Source: Spirochaetia bacterium (GTDB taxonomy: Bacteria > Spirochaetota > Spirochaetia > DSM-27196 > Salinispiraceae). Taken from it: a stretch of 64,000 bases of DNA. Numbering within the stretch: the first letter of the stretch is position 1; every line of letters starts with the position of its first letter. The position numbers and the translations under genes are program-made. Shown here one piece after another: positions 47,148 through 57,269 of this stretch. Where the stretch lies: NCBI GenBank assembly GCA_038204425.1, contig JBBRCZ010000001.1:224001-288000 (forward strand). Reading direction: 5' to 3'. The notes beneath the pieces are model-generated. The model was not told the DNA's origin and searched no databases. It was given only the letters and a program-made list of their open reading frames with translations.

Positions 47148-48053
47148 TTGCCTTTTGAATCGTTTGTCTACCTCATGACATCCAGCAATACTTGCAGCAA
47201 TCTGTCTTGGGAAGAATGGCTTTTTGACCATTTGCAAGCAGATCAGCGTGCGTTTTTGGTATATGAAAATATGCCATCTTTAGTAATCGGCAAGAATCAG
47301 AATGCGTGGGTAGAAGGCGATCACACTTTTCTGAGTCAACAGAATGTAGGGGTGGTGCGCAGAGTCTCTGGCGGAGGTACGGTAGTTCATGGTAAAGGGA
47401 ATGTGAACTACTCTTTTGTGGTTCCGCGTCAAAGCTTCAGCCAGACCCAAAATCTTAGCTTGTTGCAAAGATTTTTTGGATCTTTGGGACTTATGACAAC
47501 TCAGTCAGAGCGAGGCGATCTTTTGTTTGAAGATAGAAAGTTTTCGGGAAACGCAATGGCATATCGTCAAAGGAGTGTTTTGCACCATGGGACACTATTG
47601 TTCGATCTCGAACAGGAATTTTTGTTCCGTTGTCTCAAGCGCCCTATCGCGTCTGGATGGCTTAGAAAAAATAGTTCAGTTAAATCAAACCCTATGCCTA
47701 CCGTCAATTTGGGTCGCCATTTGAAGTTCGCCAGTCAAGTTGATTTTGCTCGAGATTTGGCGCACTGGATAGCTTCGCAATGGGGAGTGGGTGTAAAAGA
47801 GATAGACAGCAGTTTGCAGCCCACAAAAACTGTGGCTTATGCAGAAAAATATAGCAATTGGCAGTGGAATTTTGGGCATTCGCCTAATTTTAGTTTTGCG
47901 GATCCTGAACCAGAGTCGCATAGGACTATAATTGAAGTAGAAAATGGCATGATGGTACGGAGAATCAATTCGGACGGCAGCCGTTTGGATTTTGATCCTT
48001 TACCCTTTGTTGGTTTTGACGATGAAGACGCCTTACGTAGATTGGTAAACTAG
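47148..48053 (+). CDS. lplA: Lipoate-protein ligase A
   Basis: VIGKNQN, RRVSGGGTV.H..GN.NYS, KFSGNA, HHGTLL, W.WNFG.SP; TTG 47148 follows AAGGAG. Confidence 0.92.
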   Translation: MPFESFVYLMTSSNTCSNLSWEEWLFDHLQADQRAFLVYENMPSLVIGKNQNAWVEGDHTFLSQQNVGVVRRVSGGGTVVHGKGNVNYSFVVPRQSFSQTQNLSLLQRFFGSLGLMTTQSERGDLLFEDRKFSGNAMAYRQRSVLHHGTLLFDLEQEFLFRCLKRPIASGWLRKNSSVKSNPMPTVNLGRHLKFASQVDFARDLAHWIASQWGVGVKEIDSSLQPTKTVAYAEKYSNWQWNFGHSPNFSFADPEPESHRTIIEVENGMMVRRINSDGSRLDFDPLPFVGFDDEDALRRLVN

Positions 48054-48072
48054 TAGAACTTGGAGGAAAGTT

Positions 48073-48513
48073 ATGGAAGTACGCGCAATGTTAGGAATTT
48101 TGGACAGGCTGTTGGATGATGCAAAGATTGCAGTTTTGGCTAACTCGGCTGAGGATGGAAGTCCCTCGGTTAGATGGATGAGTCCGGCTCTTGTTAGAGG
48201 ACGAGAAGGTTACCTATATGCGGTTACTTCGAGTAAGTTTACTAAAACCAATCAACTAGAAAAGTCCCCCAAGGTGATGTGGATGGTCCAAACCAAGGCT
48301 TTGGATGAAATTATGAGCATCAAGGGAAATATGCATGTTTTACGCAATCCTTCTTTGCAACAAGAGGTCATTGAAGCAATTGGTAGCAAGCTGGGTACCT
48401 TCTGGAAGCTCAATAAAGACACGGATGACGTAGTGGTGCTAGAAACGGTAATTGAAGAACTGGAATACTTTGCTCCTGCAAAAAATGAAAAGTCCAGCGT
48501 ACGAATTAAATAA
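48073..48513 (+). CDS. Pyridoxamine 5'-phosphate oxidase-like (FMN-binding split barrel) protein
   Basis: VLA...DG.P.VR.M, T...T.K..QL..SPKV; GGAGG RBS; lies inside the PDH operon. Confidence 0.75.
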   Translation: MEVRAMLGILDRLLDDAKIAVLANSAEDGSPSVRWMSPALVRGREGYLYAVTSSKFTKTNQLEKSPKVMWMVQTKALDEIMSIKGNMHVLRNPSLQQEVIEAIGSKLGTFWKLNKDTDDVVVLETVIEELEYFAPAKNEKSSVRIK

Positions 48514-48524
48514 GGAGCTTCTTA

Positions 48525-49547
48525 ATGTCGGACAAAAAATTGGGTGTAAAAAAATTGGCCATTAAGGACTACGACCCCAAGTTCCTTGAAAAGCTGCTCT
48601 ATGACATGCTGTTGATTAGGCGTTTTGAAGAAAAAGCCGGTGCGATGTATGGCCTTCGCAAAATTGGTGGGTTTTGCCACTTATACAATGGGCAAGAAGC
48701 TGTTGCTATAGGCAGTATTGGTGCCTTGGATCTTAGTAGAGATTACGTTCTCACAGGGTATCGAGACCACGGTCATGCACTGGCTTGTGGCATGCATCCC
48801 AACCAAATTATGGCCGAACTCTACGGAAAAGTGACCGGCTCGTCAAAGGGGAAAGGCGGCAGTATGCACATTTTTGATGCCGAAAAGCATATGATGGGCG
48901 GTAACGGTATTGTTGGCGCACAGATACCGATTGCAACCGGAATAGCCTTTGCCAGCGCCTATGACTTTAAACTAGGAAAAACAAAAGATATGGGTGTCAC
49001 ACTTTGTTATTTTGGTGACGGAGCGATCCATCAAGGGGCCTTTCATGAAAGCCTAAACTTGGCTAGAATTTGGAATTTGCCGGCGGTTTATATTGTTGAG
49101 AATAATCACTTTGGCATGGGAACTGCCGTTAGCCGTGTCTCGGCCGTCAGCGACTTTGACGTAAAAGCAAAGGGCTACAACATGCCAGGCATTACCGTAA
49201 ACGGCATGGACGTCCTAGAAGTATATGAGACACTAAAGTCGATTGTAAAAGAAGTGAGAGAAAACGGTATTCCTTGGTTGGTTGACATTAAGACCTATCG
49301 ATACAAAGGCCACTCGATGTCTGACCCTGCCAAGTATCGAAGCAAGGACGAAGTCGACAGTTTTAAGAACCAAGATCCAATTGTGCAACTAAAGCAGAAG
49401 ATGTTAGAAGCAGGCGTGCTTTCGGAAAGTGGATACCAAAAAATGGATGATGGTATCAAAGAACTGGTTCAAGCTTCGGTTACCTTTGCCGAAGAAAGCC
49501 CTGAACCGGCATTGGAAAGTATCTATCAGGACGCCTACGCGGAATAA
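48525..49547 (+). CDS. pdhA: Pyruvate dehydrogenase E1 alpha subunit
   Basis: GFCHLY.GQEA, GKGGSMH, GDGA TPP motif, YRYKGHSMSDP. Confidence 0.95.
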   Translation: MSDKKLGVKKLAIKDYDPKFLEKLLYDMLLIRRFEEKAGAMYGLRKIGGFCHLYNGQEAVAIGSIGALDLSRDYVLTGYRDHGHALACGMHPNQIMAELYGKVTGSSKGKGGSMHIFDAEKHMMGGNGIVGAQIPIATGIAFASAYDFKLGKTKDMGVTLCYFGDGAIHQGAFHESLNLARIWNLPAVYIVENNHFGMGTAVSRVSAVSDFDVKAKGYNMPGITVNGMDVLEVYETLKSIVKEVRENGIPWLVDIKTYRYKGHSMSDPAKYRSKDEVDSFKNQDPIVQLKQKMLEAGVLSESGYQKMDDGIKELVQASVTFAEESPEPALESIYQDAYAE

Positions 49548-49561
49548 CGGGAGAAATAATA

Positions 49562-50539
49562 ATGGCATTAATTACTTATCGTGAGGCCCTCAATCAGGCC
49601 ATGGATGAAGAAATGGCGCGGGATGACCGGGTCTATTTGATGGGCGAAGAAGTTGCCGAATATAACGGCGCTTACAAGGTTTCTAAAGGTCTTTTGGATA
49701 AATATGGTCCTATTAGGGTCATTGATACGCCAATTGCCGAGCTCGGCTTTACCGGCTTGGGGGTTGGTTCCGCAATCGTTGGTTTGCGACCAATTATCGA
49801 ATGGATGACCATGAACTTTGGAATTCTTGCACTTGATCAAATCGTAAACAACGCGGCCAAGTTAAGGCACATGTCAGGTGGACAACTTAAATGCCCGATG
49901 GTAGTCAGAGGACCCAACGGTCCAGCCGAATATTTATCAAGTCAACACAGCCAGGCCCTGGCAAGCTACTTTGCACACATACCCGGCCTAAAAGTTGTCT
50001 CTCCAATTACGCCTTATGACGCCAAGGGTTTGCTCAAGAGTGCAATCCGGGATGACAATCCAGTCATCGTGCTAGAAGCTGAAATGGTCTATGGCCATAC
50101 AGGCGAGGTTCCAGACGAAGAGTATCTGGTTCCTATCGGCAAGGCCGACGTAAAGAGAAGCGGAAGCGACGTAAGCTTTATTGCCTACGGCAAGCCGGTT
50201 TTACTCGCATTGCAGGCAGCCGCAGAACTCGAAAAGCAAGGAATTAGTGCGGAGGTTGTCGACCTTCGTTCAGTTAGACCAATTGATGAAGCAGCAATCT
50301 ACGAAAGTGTTCGTAAGACCAATCGAGCAGTAGTAATAGACGAAAGCTGGCCGATCGCATCGATAGGAAGTCATGTCTCTCATTTAATAGCGACTAATTG
50401 TTTTGATGACCTTGATGCTCCGGTTGAGTATGTTTCTTGTGAGGATGTACCCATGCCTTATAATCATGCACTTGAACTTGCAGTGCAGCCAAGCGTTGAA
50501 AAAATTGTAAAAGCGGCAAAGAAGGTTCTTTACCTTTAA
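49562..50539 (+). CDS. pdhB: Pyruvate dehydrogenase E1 beta subunit
   Basis: MGEEV..Y.GAYKVSKGL, DTPIAE.GF, RGPNG, QHSQ. Confidence 0.95.
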   Translation: MALITYREALNQAMDEEMARDDRVYLMGEEVAEYNGAYKVSKGLLDKYGPIRVIDTPIAELGFTGLGVGSAIVGLRPIIEWMTMNFGILALDQIVNNAAKLRHMSGGQLKCPMVVRGPNGPAEYLSSQHSQALASYFAHIPGLKVVSPITPYDAKGLLKSAIRDDNPVIVLEAEMVYGHTGEVPDEEYLVPIGKADVKRSGSDVSFIAYGKPVLLALQAAAELEKQGISAEVVDLRSVRPIDEAAIYESVRKTNRAVVIDESWPIASIGSHVSHLIATNCFDDLDAPVEYVSCEDVPMPYNHALELAVQPSVEKIVKAAKKVLYL

Positions 50540-50593
50540 GAGATTGAGAGTATGTTTGTTCACTCAAGAAATAGAGCAAACTAGGAGACCAGC

Positions 50594-51835
50594 ATGGCAG
50601 AAAAAATTCAAATGATCGCGCTTTCTCCCACCATGGAAGAAGGCACAATAGTAAAATGGAACCTCAAAGTCGGCGACAGTGTTAAAACCGGCGATGTTTT
50701 GTGCGAAGTAGAAACAGACAAAGCCACTATGGAGTACGAGTCTTCCCAAGAGGGTACTATACTCAAAATAGTTCTTGACCAAGGAAGCACAGCAAAAGTT
50801 GGCGACATGATTGGCATAATTGGTGCCAAGGGTGAGGATATTTCTGCAATTGCCTCTAGTCCAGCTGAGGCAAGCCCAGCAGCAAGTAGTGATGCCAAGT
50901 CAGCTTCCAAAGCGAATGAAACGCCAGCTTCGACAGTCCAAGCAAGTAATCAAGACTCCAACCATGCAAGTGGTTCTACCAAGGCAAGTCCCTTGGCGCG
51001 AAAACTTGCCGCCGATCGCGGCATAGATTTAACTAACGTTTCGGGGACTGGTCCTGACGGTCGTGTAATCAAACGAGACTTAGAAGGTCAGGCAAGTGGC
51101 AAACCAGCTGGCCAAAGCCCATCGGCCTCAACAGTTGTCAGTTCCGGACAGGATCAAAAAATACAAGTTACTGGCAAGCGCGCAGTTATTGCCAAGCGTT
51201 TGGCTGAGTCCCTTTTTACAGCTCCACATTTCTTCTTGACATCAAGTGTTGCAATGGATAATTTAATTGCCACCCGCAATTTATTAAACAAACAAGTTGA
51301 TCCCAAGTCCAAGGTAGGCTTTAATGCCTTTATTATCAAACTTGCCGCCGAAGCCTTAAAGCGTCACGCTGCGGTCAACGCTTCTTGGCAAGGTGATCAT
51401 ATCTTGCAGTTTGGCAGCATTGATATTGGTCTTGCAGTGGACCTAGGTAACGGCCTCATCACGCCGATTGTGCGTAACGCAGCCAACAAGGGTGTTTACC
51501 AAATTGATCAAGAACTAAAGGTGCTTATAGAAAAAGCAGGAGCCGGCACTCTCAAACCCGATGAATATTCTGGCGCAACATTTACAATATCTAACCTCGG
51601 CAGTTTTGGAGTAGAAGAGTTTACTGCCATAATTAACCCGCCAGGCAGCGCAATTCTTGCCCTTGGCGAAGTCAAGAAAACGCCAGTTGTGGGTGAAAAT
51701 GATCAAATTGTCGTCGCAAGCATAATGAAAATGACCGTTTCATGCGATCATCGCGTTATTGATGGTGCACTTGGTGGTCGGTTTATCGCGGAACTTAAAG
51801 CACTGCTGGAACAGCCAGCACGAGCAATTTTTTGA
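50594..51835 (+). CDS. pdhC: Dihydrolipoamide acetyltransferase (E2), single lipoyl domain
   Basis: ETDKA lipoyl Lys, [10 protein letters not shown]3-binding domain, CDHRVIDG. Confidence 0.95.
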   Translation: MAEKIQMIALSPTMEEGTIVKWNLKVGDSVKTGDVLCEVETDKATMEYESSQEGTILKIVLDQGSTAKVGDMIGIIGAKGEDISAIASSPAEASPAASSDAKSASKANETPASTVQASNQDSNHASGSTKASPLARKLAADRGIDLTNVSGTGPDGRVIKRDLEGQASGKPAGQSPSASTVVSSGQDQKIQVTGKRAVIAKRLAESLFTAPHFFLTSSVAMDNLIATRNLLNKQVDPKSKVGFNAFIIKLAAEALKRHAAVNASWQGDHILQFGSIDIGLAVDLGNGLITPIVRNAANKGVYQIDQELKVLIEKAGAGTLKPDEYSGATFTISNLGSFGVEEFTAIINPPGSAILALGEVKKTPVVGENDQIVVASIMKMTVSCDHRVIDGALGGRFIAELKALLEQPARAIF

Positions 51836-51876
51836 TCCGACTTTGATTTTTACGACGCACGAGGAGAGATACAGAT

Positions 51877-53277
51877 ATGGCAGAATTTGACTACGATTTG
51901 GCAATTATTGGAGCAGGGCCTGGTGGCTATGTAAGCGCGATTAGAGCAAGTCAGCTGGGGCTAAAAACCGTTGTAATAGAAAAAGACAAACCGGGCGGCG
52001 TATGTGGCAACTGGGGCTGTATACCTTCCAAATCATTGTTGAGTATGGCAGAAACCTTTCATTCTATTAAGTCGTTAGAAGCCATGGGTGTCAAAGTTGA
52101 CAAAACGAGCTTTGACTACCAAAAAGTACATGCCCGTTCCCGCGCCGCCAGCGACCGATCCGGCAAAGGTGTCGCCGGACTTCTCAAACGAAACAAAATT
52201 GAACTATTAAGTGCCACAGCGACCCTTACCAGCCCACACGAACTGCAGCTCACGACTGCTGAAGGCAAGCGAACAGTTACAAGTAAGAACATTCTAATTG
52301 CAAGTGGCAGCAGCCCGCGTGTAATTCCTGGCTTTGAGTTTGACGAACAACAAGTGCTTTCATCAACGGGAATTCTGGCGATGGACAAGCTTCCAGAAAG
52401 TCTGGTTATCCTTGGTGCTGGCGCCATAGGTATGGAACTTGCCTATATAATGAACGCTTTCGGCGTTAAGGTAAGTGTAGTTGAAATGCTCGACAGAGTG
52501 TTGCCGCTTGAAGACGCCGACATCAGTAAAGTCGTTGAGTCAGAATTGAAGAAGCAAGGAATTACTTTTTTAACCTCAACAAAAGCTTCTGATCTAAAGA
52601 AGTCTAAAGCAGGCATCAGCTTGCAGATAGAAACTAAGTCAGGCCAAAAAAGTAAACTAGAGGCAGAAAAGATTCTGGTAGCGGTCGGACGCAGTCCCAA
52701 CAGTGCCAATTTGGGACTTGAAAAACTCGGCATTGCAATCGAAAAAGGCTTTGTCGTCACTGGAGACTACTACCAAACCTCAGTAAAGAGTGTCTTTGCC
52801 ATTGGAGATCTTATAGCTAGCCCCTTACTGGCTCATGTGGCTAGCAAAGAGGGTGAGATTGCAGTTGAGTATATTGCCGGACATGGACACGAAAAACGAT
52901 TAGATCCAAGTCTTATTCCCGGCGCAGTTTATACCGAACCTGGGGTGGGTAGCTTTGGATTGACTGAAGCAAAAGCGCTTGAGCAAAAACTTGATATAAG
53001 TGTTTACAGCTTTCCCTACCAAGGGATAGGCAAGGCAAATGCGATCGAAAAAGCAGTAGGACTGGTAAAGATTGTTTGCGATAAGAAAACACACGAGATT
53101 TTAGGCGGGCATGTAGTAGGTTACAGCGCCACCGAAATGATTCATGAAATCTTGCTGGCACGAAAAGCCGAGCTTCTACCTGAAGACATTGCGAGCATGG
53201 TTCATGCCCATCCCACCATATCTGAAGGTATAATGGAAGCTATGCGCGGCATCGAAGGTTGGGCGATTCACGTTTAG
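51877..53277 (+). CDS. lpdA: Dihydrolipoamide dehydrogenase (E3)
   Basis: GAGPGG, GGVCGNWGCIPSK, GAGAIG.E, HAHPT.SE. Confidence 0.96.
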   Translation: MAEFDYDLAIIGAGPGGYVSAIRASQLGLKTVVIEKDKPGGVCGNWGCIPSKSLLSMAETFHSIKSLEAMGVKVDKTSFDYQKVHARSRAASDRSGKGVAGLLKRNKIELLSATATLTSPHELQLTTAEGKRTVTSKNILIASGSSPRVIPGFEFDEQQVLSSTGILAMDKLPESLVILGAGAIGMELAYIMNAFGVKVSVVEMLDRVLPLEDADISKVVESELKKQGITFLTSTKASDLKKSKAGISLQIETKSGQKSKLEAEKILVAVGRSPNSANLGLEKLGIAIEKGFVVTGDYYQTSVKSVFAIGDLIASPLLAHVASKEGEIAVEYIAGHGHEKRLDPSLIPGAVYTEPGVGSFGLTEAKALEQKLDISVYSFPYQGIGKANAIEKAVGLVKIVCDKKTHEILGGHVVGYSATEMIHEILLARKAELLPEDIASMVHAHPTISEGIMEAMRGIEGWAIHV

Positions 53278-54530
53278 GCTTTTCTAATGATGGGATTTGG
53301 ACCTTTTAAGTAGTGATACAGACCAAGATAGACTTCGTTCTTGGTCTGGTTTATCACTCGGTTCCGGTCGCCATTGTAGATTTTTTTTAGGAATCTGACC
53401 TCTTTTTCTAAGGCGAAAGCAACGTGGACAAGTCCCAGTGGTTTTTCTTGGCTTCCGCCACTTGGCCCGGCTATGCCGCTGACTGCTACTGAAATATCAC
53501 TTTTAAAGCGCGCTTTGGCGCCAAGGGCCATTTGCTCCACGCAGCGCTCAGAAACTTCTCCTTCTTGGTTGATTGTCAACTGAGATACTCCCAGTAGATC
53601 CACTTTGCTCTGGTTTGAATAGCTGGTAATACTACCCAAAAAGCAACTAGAAGCGCCTGCCCATTTGACAAGTTCAGAACCCAAAATGCCTCCAGTCAAA
53701 GACTCTGCAAAACTGACAGTTAATCCACGTTTGCTTAGTTCTTCAAGTAGTAGTTGGCCTAGGTCCCTTTTTTCAGTGTAAAGAATATGGTTTAGATCCA
53801 GAAGTTCTTTGACTTTGTCCAGCTCTTCCAATAGGACTTGAGGTTGCGCTTCGTCGTCTGACCACTGCGAGAGGTGTAGATCCAAGTAACCTTCGCTGCT
53901 AAAATAAGTGCCCCAATAACACAGTTTGCTAAAGTCTTTGCTAAGCTCTGTAAATTGGCTTTCGCCAATTGAATACAGACGCAGACACTGCTTGTGCAGC
54001 TTGCTACCCAGTAGGCCCCATGCCTTTAACAAACGTGGTAATTCTTCATCAATCATGGGGCGATTCTCTCGAGGTGGGCCAGGAATAACAATCAGAGAGT
54101 GCATAGAATCGTGATAGCAGAGTCCAGGCGCCGTTCCGAGTGGATTTTCTAGGTAGCCGCCGCCATCAATTATCATCGCTTGTTTGCGATTAGATTCGTT
54201 GCAAGAGAGTTGTCGTTTGGCAAAAAAATCAACAATAGTCTGCCAAATTTTTGGTTCAAAAATTAGTTCCTTTTCCAAGAACTTCGCAACAGCTATTCTG
54301 GTTAAATCATCATCTGTCGGTCCCAAGCCGCCACTTAGAACTACAAGTTGGCAGTCTTTGCAAAAATTGAGAACATCGATAATCTGATCAATTCTATCAG
54401 CTACCGAAATACGTTTGTAAGGCAAAACGCCATGGGTCACTAAAAACCGAGACAAATATGAGGCATTGCTGTCCTCAATCAAACCTTCCATTACTTCGTC
54501 GCCTACCGTTATGATAGCTGCTTTATACAT
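53274..54530 (-). CDS. cinA: CinA family protein (MocF-like domain plus NMN deamidase)
   Basis: VGDEV..G...DSN, GGLGPTDDDLT, AESLTGG, SGIAGPSGG. Confidence 0.93.
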   Translation of the reverse strand: MYKAAIITVGDEVMEGLIEDSNASYLSRFLVTHGVLPYKRISVADRIDQIIDVLNFCKDCQLVVLSGGLGPTDDDLTRIAVAKFLEKELIFEPKIWQTIVDFFAKRQLSCNESNRKQAMIIDGGGYLENPLGTAPGLCYHDSMHSLIVIPGPPRENRPMIDEELPRLLKAWGLLGSKLHKQCLRLYSIGESQFTELSKDFSKLCYWGTYFSSEGYLDLHLSQWSDDEAQPQVLLEELDKVKELLDLNHILYTEKRDLGQLLLEELSKRGLTVSFAESLTGGILGSELVKWAGASSCFLGSITSYSNQSKVDLLGVSQLTINQEGEVSERCVEQMALGAKARFKSDISVAVSGIAGPSGGSQEKPLGLVHVAFALEKEVRFLKKIYNGDRNRVINQTKNEVYLGLYHYLKGPNPIIRKA

Positions 54531-54607
54531 TGTTGCTAACCTTTAGCGAACTTTAGCATTACACTTGGTCTGTAACAAGCGCCCAAAACATGTTAAGCTA
54601 CTTTACC

Positions 54608-55699
54608 ATGGAACGAAAACGAATCCTTACCGGCGACCGACCGAGCGGGAAGCTTCACCTTGGTCACTATGTTGGTTCACTCAAAAACAGAGTAAAGCTA
54701 CAAAATGACTACGATTGTTTTTTTATTATCGCTGATTTACATACATTGACTACAAAACCCGACAAGTCGTCGATTGAGCAGATTGCTCAGAACGCGCGGG
54801 ATATGGTCTTAGACTATCTTGCTTGTGGCATTGATCCCAATAAAAGTGTCATTTACTTGCAGTCGGCTGTTCCAGAGATCTACGAACTCAATCTAATTTT
54901 TGAAATGCTGGTTAGTGTCCCTCGTCTACAAAGAATGCCTAGTCTAAAAGATATGGCTCGTAATGCCGACCTAAGTGAAATGCCTTTTGGCCTCTTGGGT
55001 TATCCTGTCTTACAATCAGCCGATATTTTGCTACCCAGAGCCAACTTGGTTCCGGTAGGTAAAGACAATGAAGCCCACGTCGAACTTACCCGAGAAATAG
55101 CTCGACGTTTTAATCACCTGTATGGTGAGGTTTTTAGCATCCCAGAAGTGCTGATTGGGGAGGTTCCAACCTTGATTGGCACTGATGGTCAAGGAAAAAT
55201 GTCCAAGAGTGTTGGTAACGCTATTCTTTTGAGTGACGAGACTATCACCGTAGAAAAAAAAGTCAATTCAATGTACACTGACCCCAATCGAATTAGTGCC
55301 GATGTGCCGGGTAAGGTTGAAGGCAACCCTGTTTTTATCTACCACGATGTTTTTAATGAAAACAAAGATGAGGTTAATGATTTAAAGGATCGCTACAAAC
55401 TTGGAAAAGTAGGTGATGTAGAAGTCAAACAGAAGCTTTCAAAAGCGCTCAATATTTTCTTGAAACCAATCCGCGAGACTAGAAGCACTTATGAAAACCG
55501 CAAAGGTTTTGTTGACGAGGTAATTTACGAAGGAACTCTTCGCATGAGGGAAGAGGCACGAAAGACTTTGATTGAAGTTCGCAAAGCAATGGGACTGAGT
55601 TCAATCTGGAATAGAATAGGTCGCAAGGCTGAAGACGGTCGCAAAGCAGAAGATAGAGCCAAAGCACAACAAAAAAACGAGAGTCTTCCGAATGGGTGA
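54608..55699 (+). CDS. trpS: Tryptophan--tRNA ligase
   Basis: [32 protein letters not shown]. Confidence 0.96.
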   Translation: MERKRILTGDRPSGKLHLGHYVGSLKNRVKLQNDYDCFFIIADLHTLTTKPDKSSIEQIAQNARDMVLDYLACGIDPNKSVIYLQSAVPEIYELNLIFEMLVSVPRLQRMPSLKDMARNADLSEMPFGLLGYPVLQSADILLPRANLVPVGKDNEAHVELTREIARRFNHLYGEVFSIPEVLIGEVPTLIGTDGQGKMSKSVGNAILLSDETITVEKKVNSMYTDPNRISADVPGKVEGNPVFIYHDVFNENKDEVNDLKDRYKLGKVGDVEVKQKLSKALNIFLKPIRETRSTYENRKGFVDEVIYEGTLRMREEARKTLIEVRKAMGLSSIWNRIGRKAEDGRKAEDRAKAQQKNESLPNG

Positions 55700-56438
55700 A
55701 ATCTTTGATTGGTTGATAAGACAAAGAGATCTGCCTGCAGACTTTGATGCGGTAATTTTTGACCTAGATGGAACACTTATAGATAGCGAACCCGTTTACT
55801 TAAAAGCCAACCTTGCATTTATGGCAAGTCACGGTATTCAATTGACCGAAAAGGACTATGGTCGATTTGTTGGCATCGGAGCTCGTTCGTTTCTAGACAT
55901 TCTTAGAGACGAATATGGACTAACAAAAAATCAAGACTTGCTAATGGCCGAAATGGATCATTTTTATCATCTGAGTGCTACCAATGGGATTCCTTTCTTT
56001 GAACCAACCTGTGATTTTGCAAGACTCTTGAAAGAGGCCAAAATCCCAATAGGAATCGCAACTGGTTCTACACATCAAGCAATAATTCAAAGTTTAAAGT
56101 GGGCCGAACTAGACGGCGTTTTTGAAACCGTTGTCTCAGTAAATGAGGTTGCTAAAGGAAAGCCTGCGCCTGATGTTTTTTACGAAACGGCAAAACGAAT
56201 GAAAGTCACGAGCTCTCGCTGTCTCGTGCTAGAAGACAGTCGCTACGGTGTTGAAGCTGGACTAGCAGCGGGTATGACCGTTATGGCACTCACGCCCTTG
56301 CGAAACATATCAGTGTATAGTTCTCAGCCAGATAAAGATTATTCCTTGGCCCACTTACTCGTCGAAGGCGGTCCAGAACACATGAATGCCAAAGAGTTTA
56401 TGGGCATGTTCTTTTCTAGCTACATAGGGCATGTCTAA
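55692..56438 (+). CDS. HAD-superfamily phosphatase (beta-PGM/CbbY-like)
   Basis: [27 protein letters not shown]. Confidence 0.9.
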   Translation: MGEIFDWLIRQRDLPADFDAVIFDLDGTLIDSEPVYLKANLAFMASHGIQLTEKDYGRFVGIGARSFLDILRDEYGLTKNQDLLMAEMDHFYHLSATNGIPFFEPTCDFARLLKEAKIPIGIATGSTHQAIIQSLKWAELDGVFETVVSVNEVAKGKPAPDVFYETAKRMKVTSSRCLVLEDSRYGVEAGLAAGMTVMALTPLRNISVYSSQPDKDYSLAHLLVEGGPEHMNAKEFMGMFFSSYIGHV

Positions 56439-56450
56439 CGGGGTATATGC

Positions 56451-57269
56451 TTGAGCAGCTACCAAGGTTTTATTCAAACAGTCTGGGATTTCTATAGTCT
56501 CAACAAGCGTAAGTTCCCGTGGCGCGATAATTTTGATGCTTGGGCAGTTATGGTATCTGAAGTCATGCTACAGCAGACACAGACCTCCAGAGTCTGCCAA
56601 TACTTTGAAAGGTTTATAGGCCGATTTCCAAGACCCAAAGATTTGGCAGAGGCTAGCTTAGGCGAAGCTATCGAGCATTGGAAAGGCTTGGGCTACAATC
56701 GCCGCATTCTAAATTTGCGCCTAAGCGCCCAAGAGCTTTGTAAGTCATATCAGGGCAAAGTTCCAAATGATCCTGACTTACTCGTTAGTCTTCCGGGTAT
56801 TGGGCCAAATACGGCTGCCTCTATTCTCAGTTTTGCTTTTAACATAGCTTTGCCATTCATAGAAACTAACATTAGAACCGTCTACATCAAGCATTTTTTT
56901 TTAGATAAAACCGAAGTGAGTGACAAAGAGATACTTGCAATTGTAAAAGCAACTCTTGATCGAGATAATGCTCGACAATGGTATTATGCTCTTATGGATT
57001 ATGGTGTATATATAAAGAAATCTGAAGGCAACTTAAACAAAAGTTCCAAACACTACCATAAACAAAGTCAATTCAAAGGTTCGCTGCGCCAAATTAGAGG
57101 CGAAATTCTGTCTCTATTGATCGAAAAATCAAAGACCTCATTGGCCGAGATCTACGATTCACTCGCTCACAAGCAGATCAAGGACTGCGACAAAATCCAA
57201 CGTGCCCTGGAAGCGCTAGAAAATGAAGGTTTCGTTTCAGAGCATTCAGGAGACTATCGTACTAGATAG
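56451..57269 (+). CDS. mutY: A/G-specific adenine glycosylase, short form without the Fe-S cluster
   Basis: PWR, VSEVMLQQTQ, W.GLGY.RR, LPGIGPNTA, ETN, ALMDYG; no four-Cys motif. Confidence 0.85.
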   Translation: MSSYQGFIQTVWDFYSLNKRKFPWRDNFDAWAVMVSEVMLQQTQTSRVCQYFERFIGRFPRPKDLAEASLGEAIEHWKGLGYNRRILNLRLSAQELCKSYQGKVPNDPDLLVSLPGIGPNTAASILSFAFNIALPFIETNIRTVYIKHFFLDKTEVSDKEILAIVKATLDRDNARQWYYALMDYGVYIKKSEGNLNKSSKHYHKQSQFKGSLRQIRGEILSLLIEKSKTSLAEIYDSLAHKQIKDCDKIQRALEALENEGFVSEHSGDYRTR

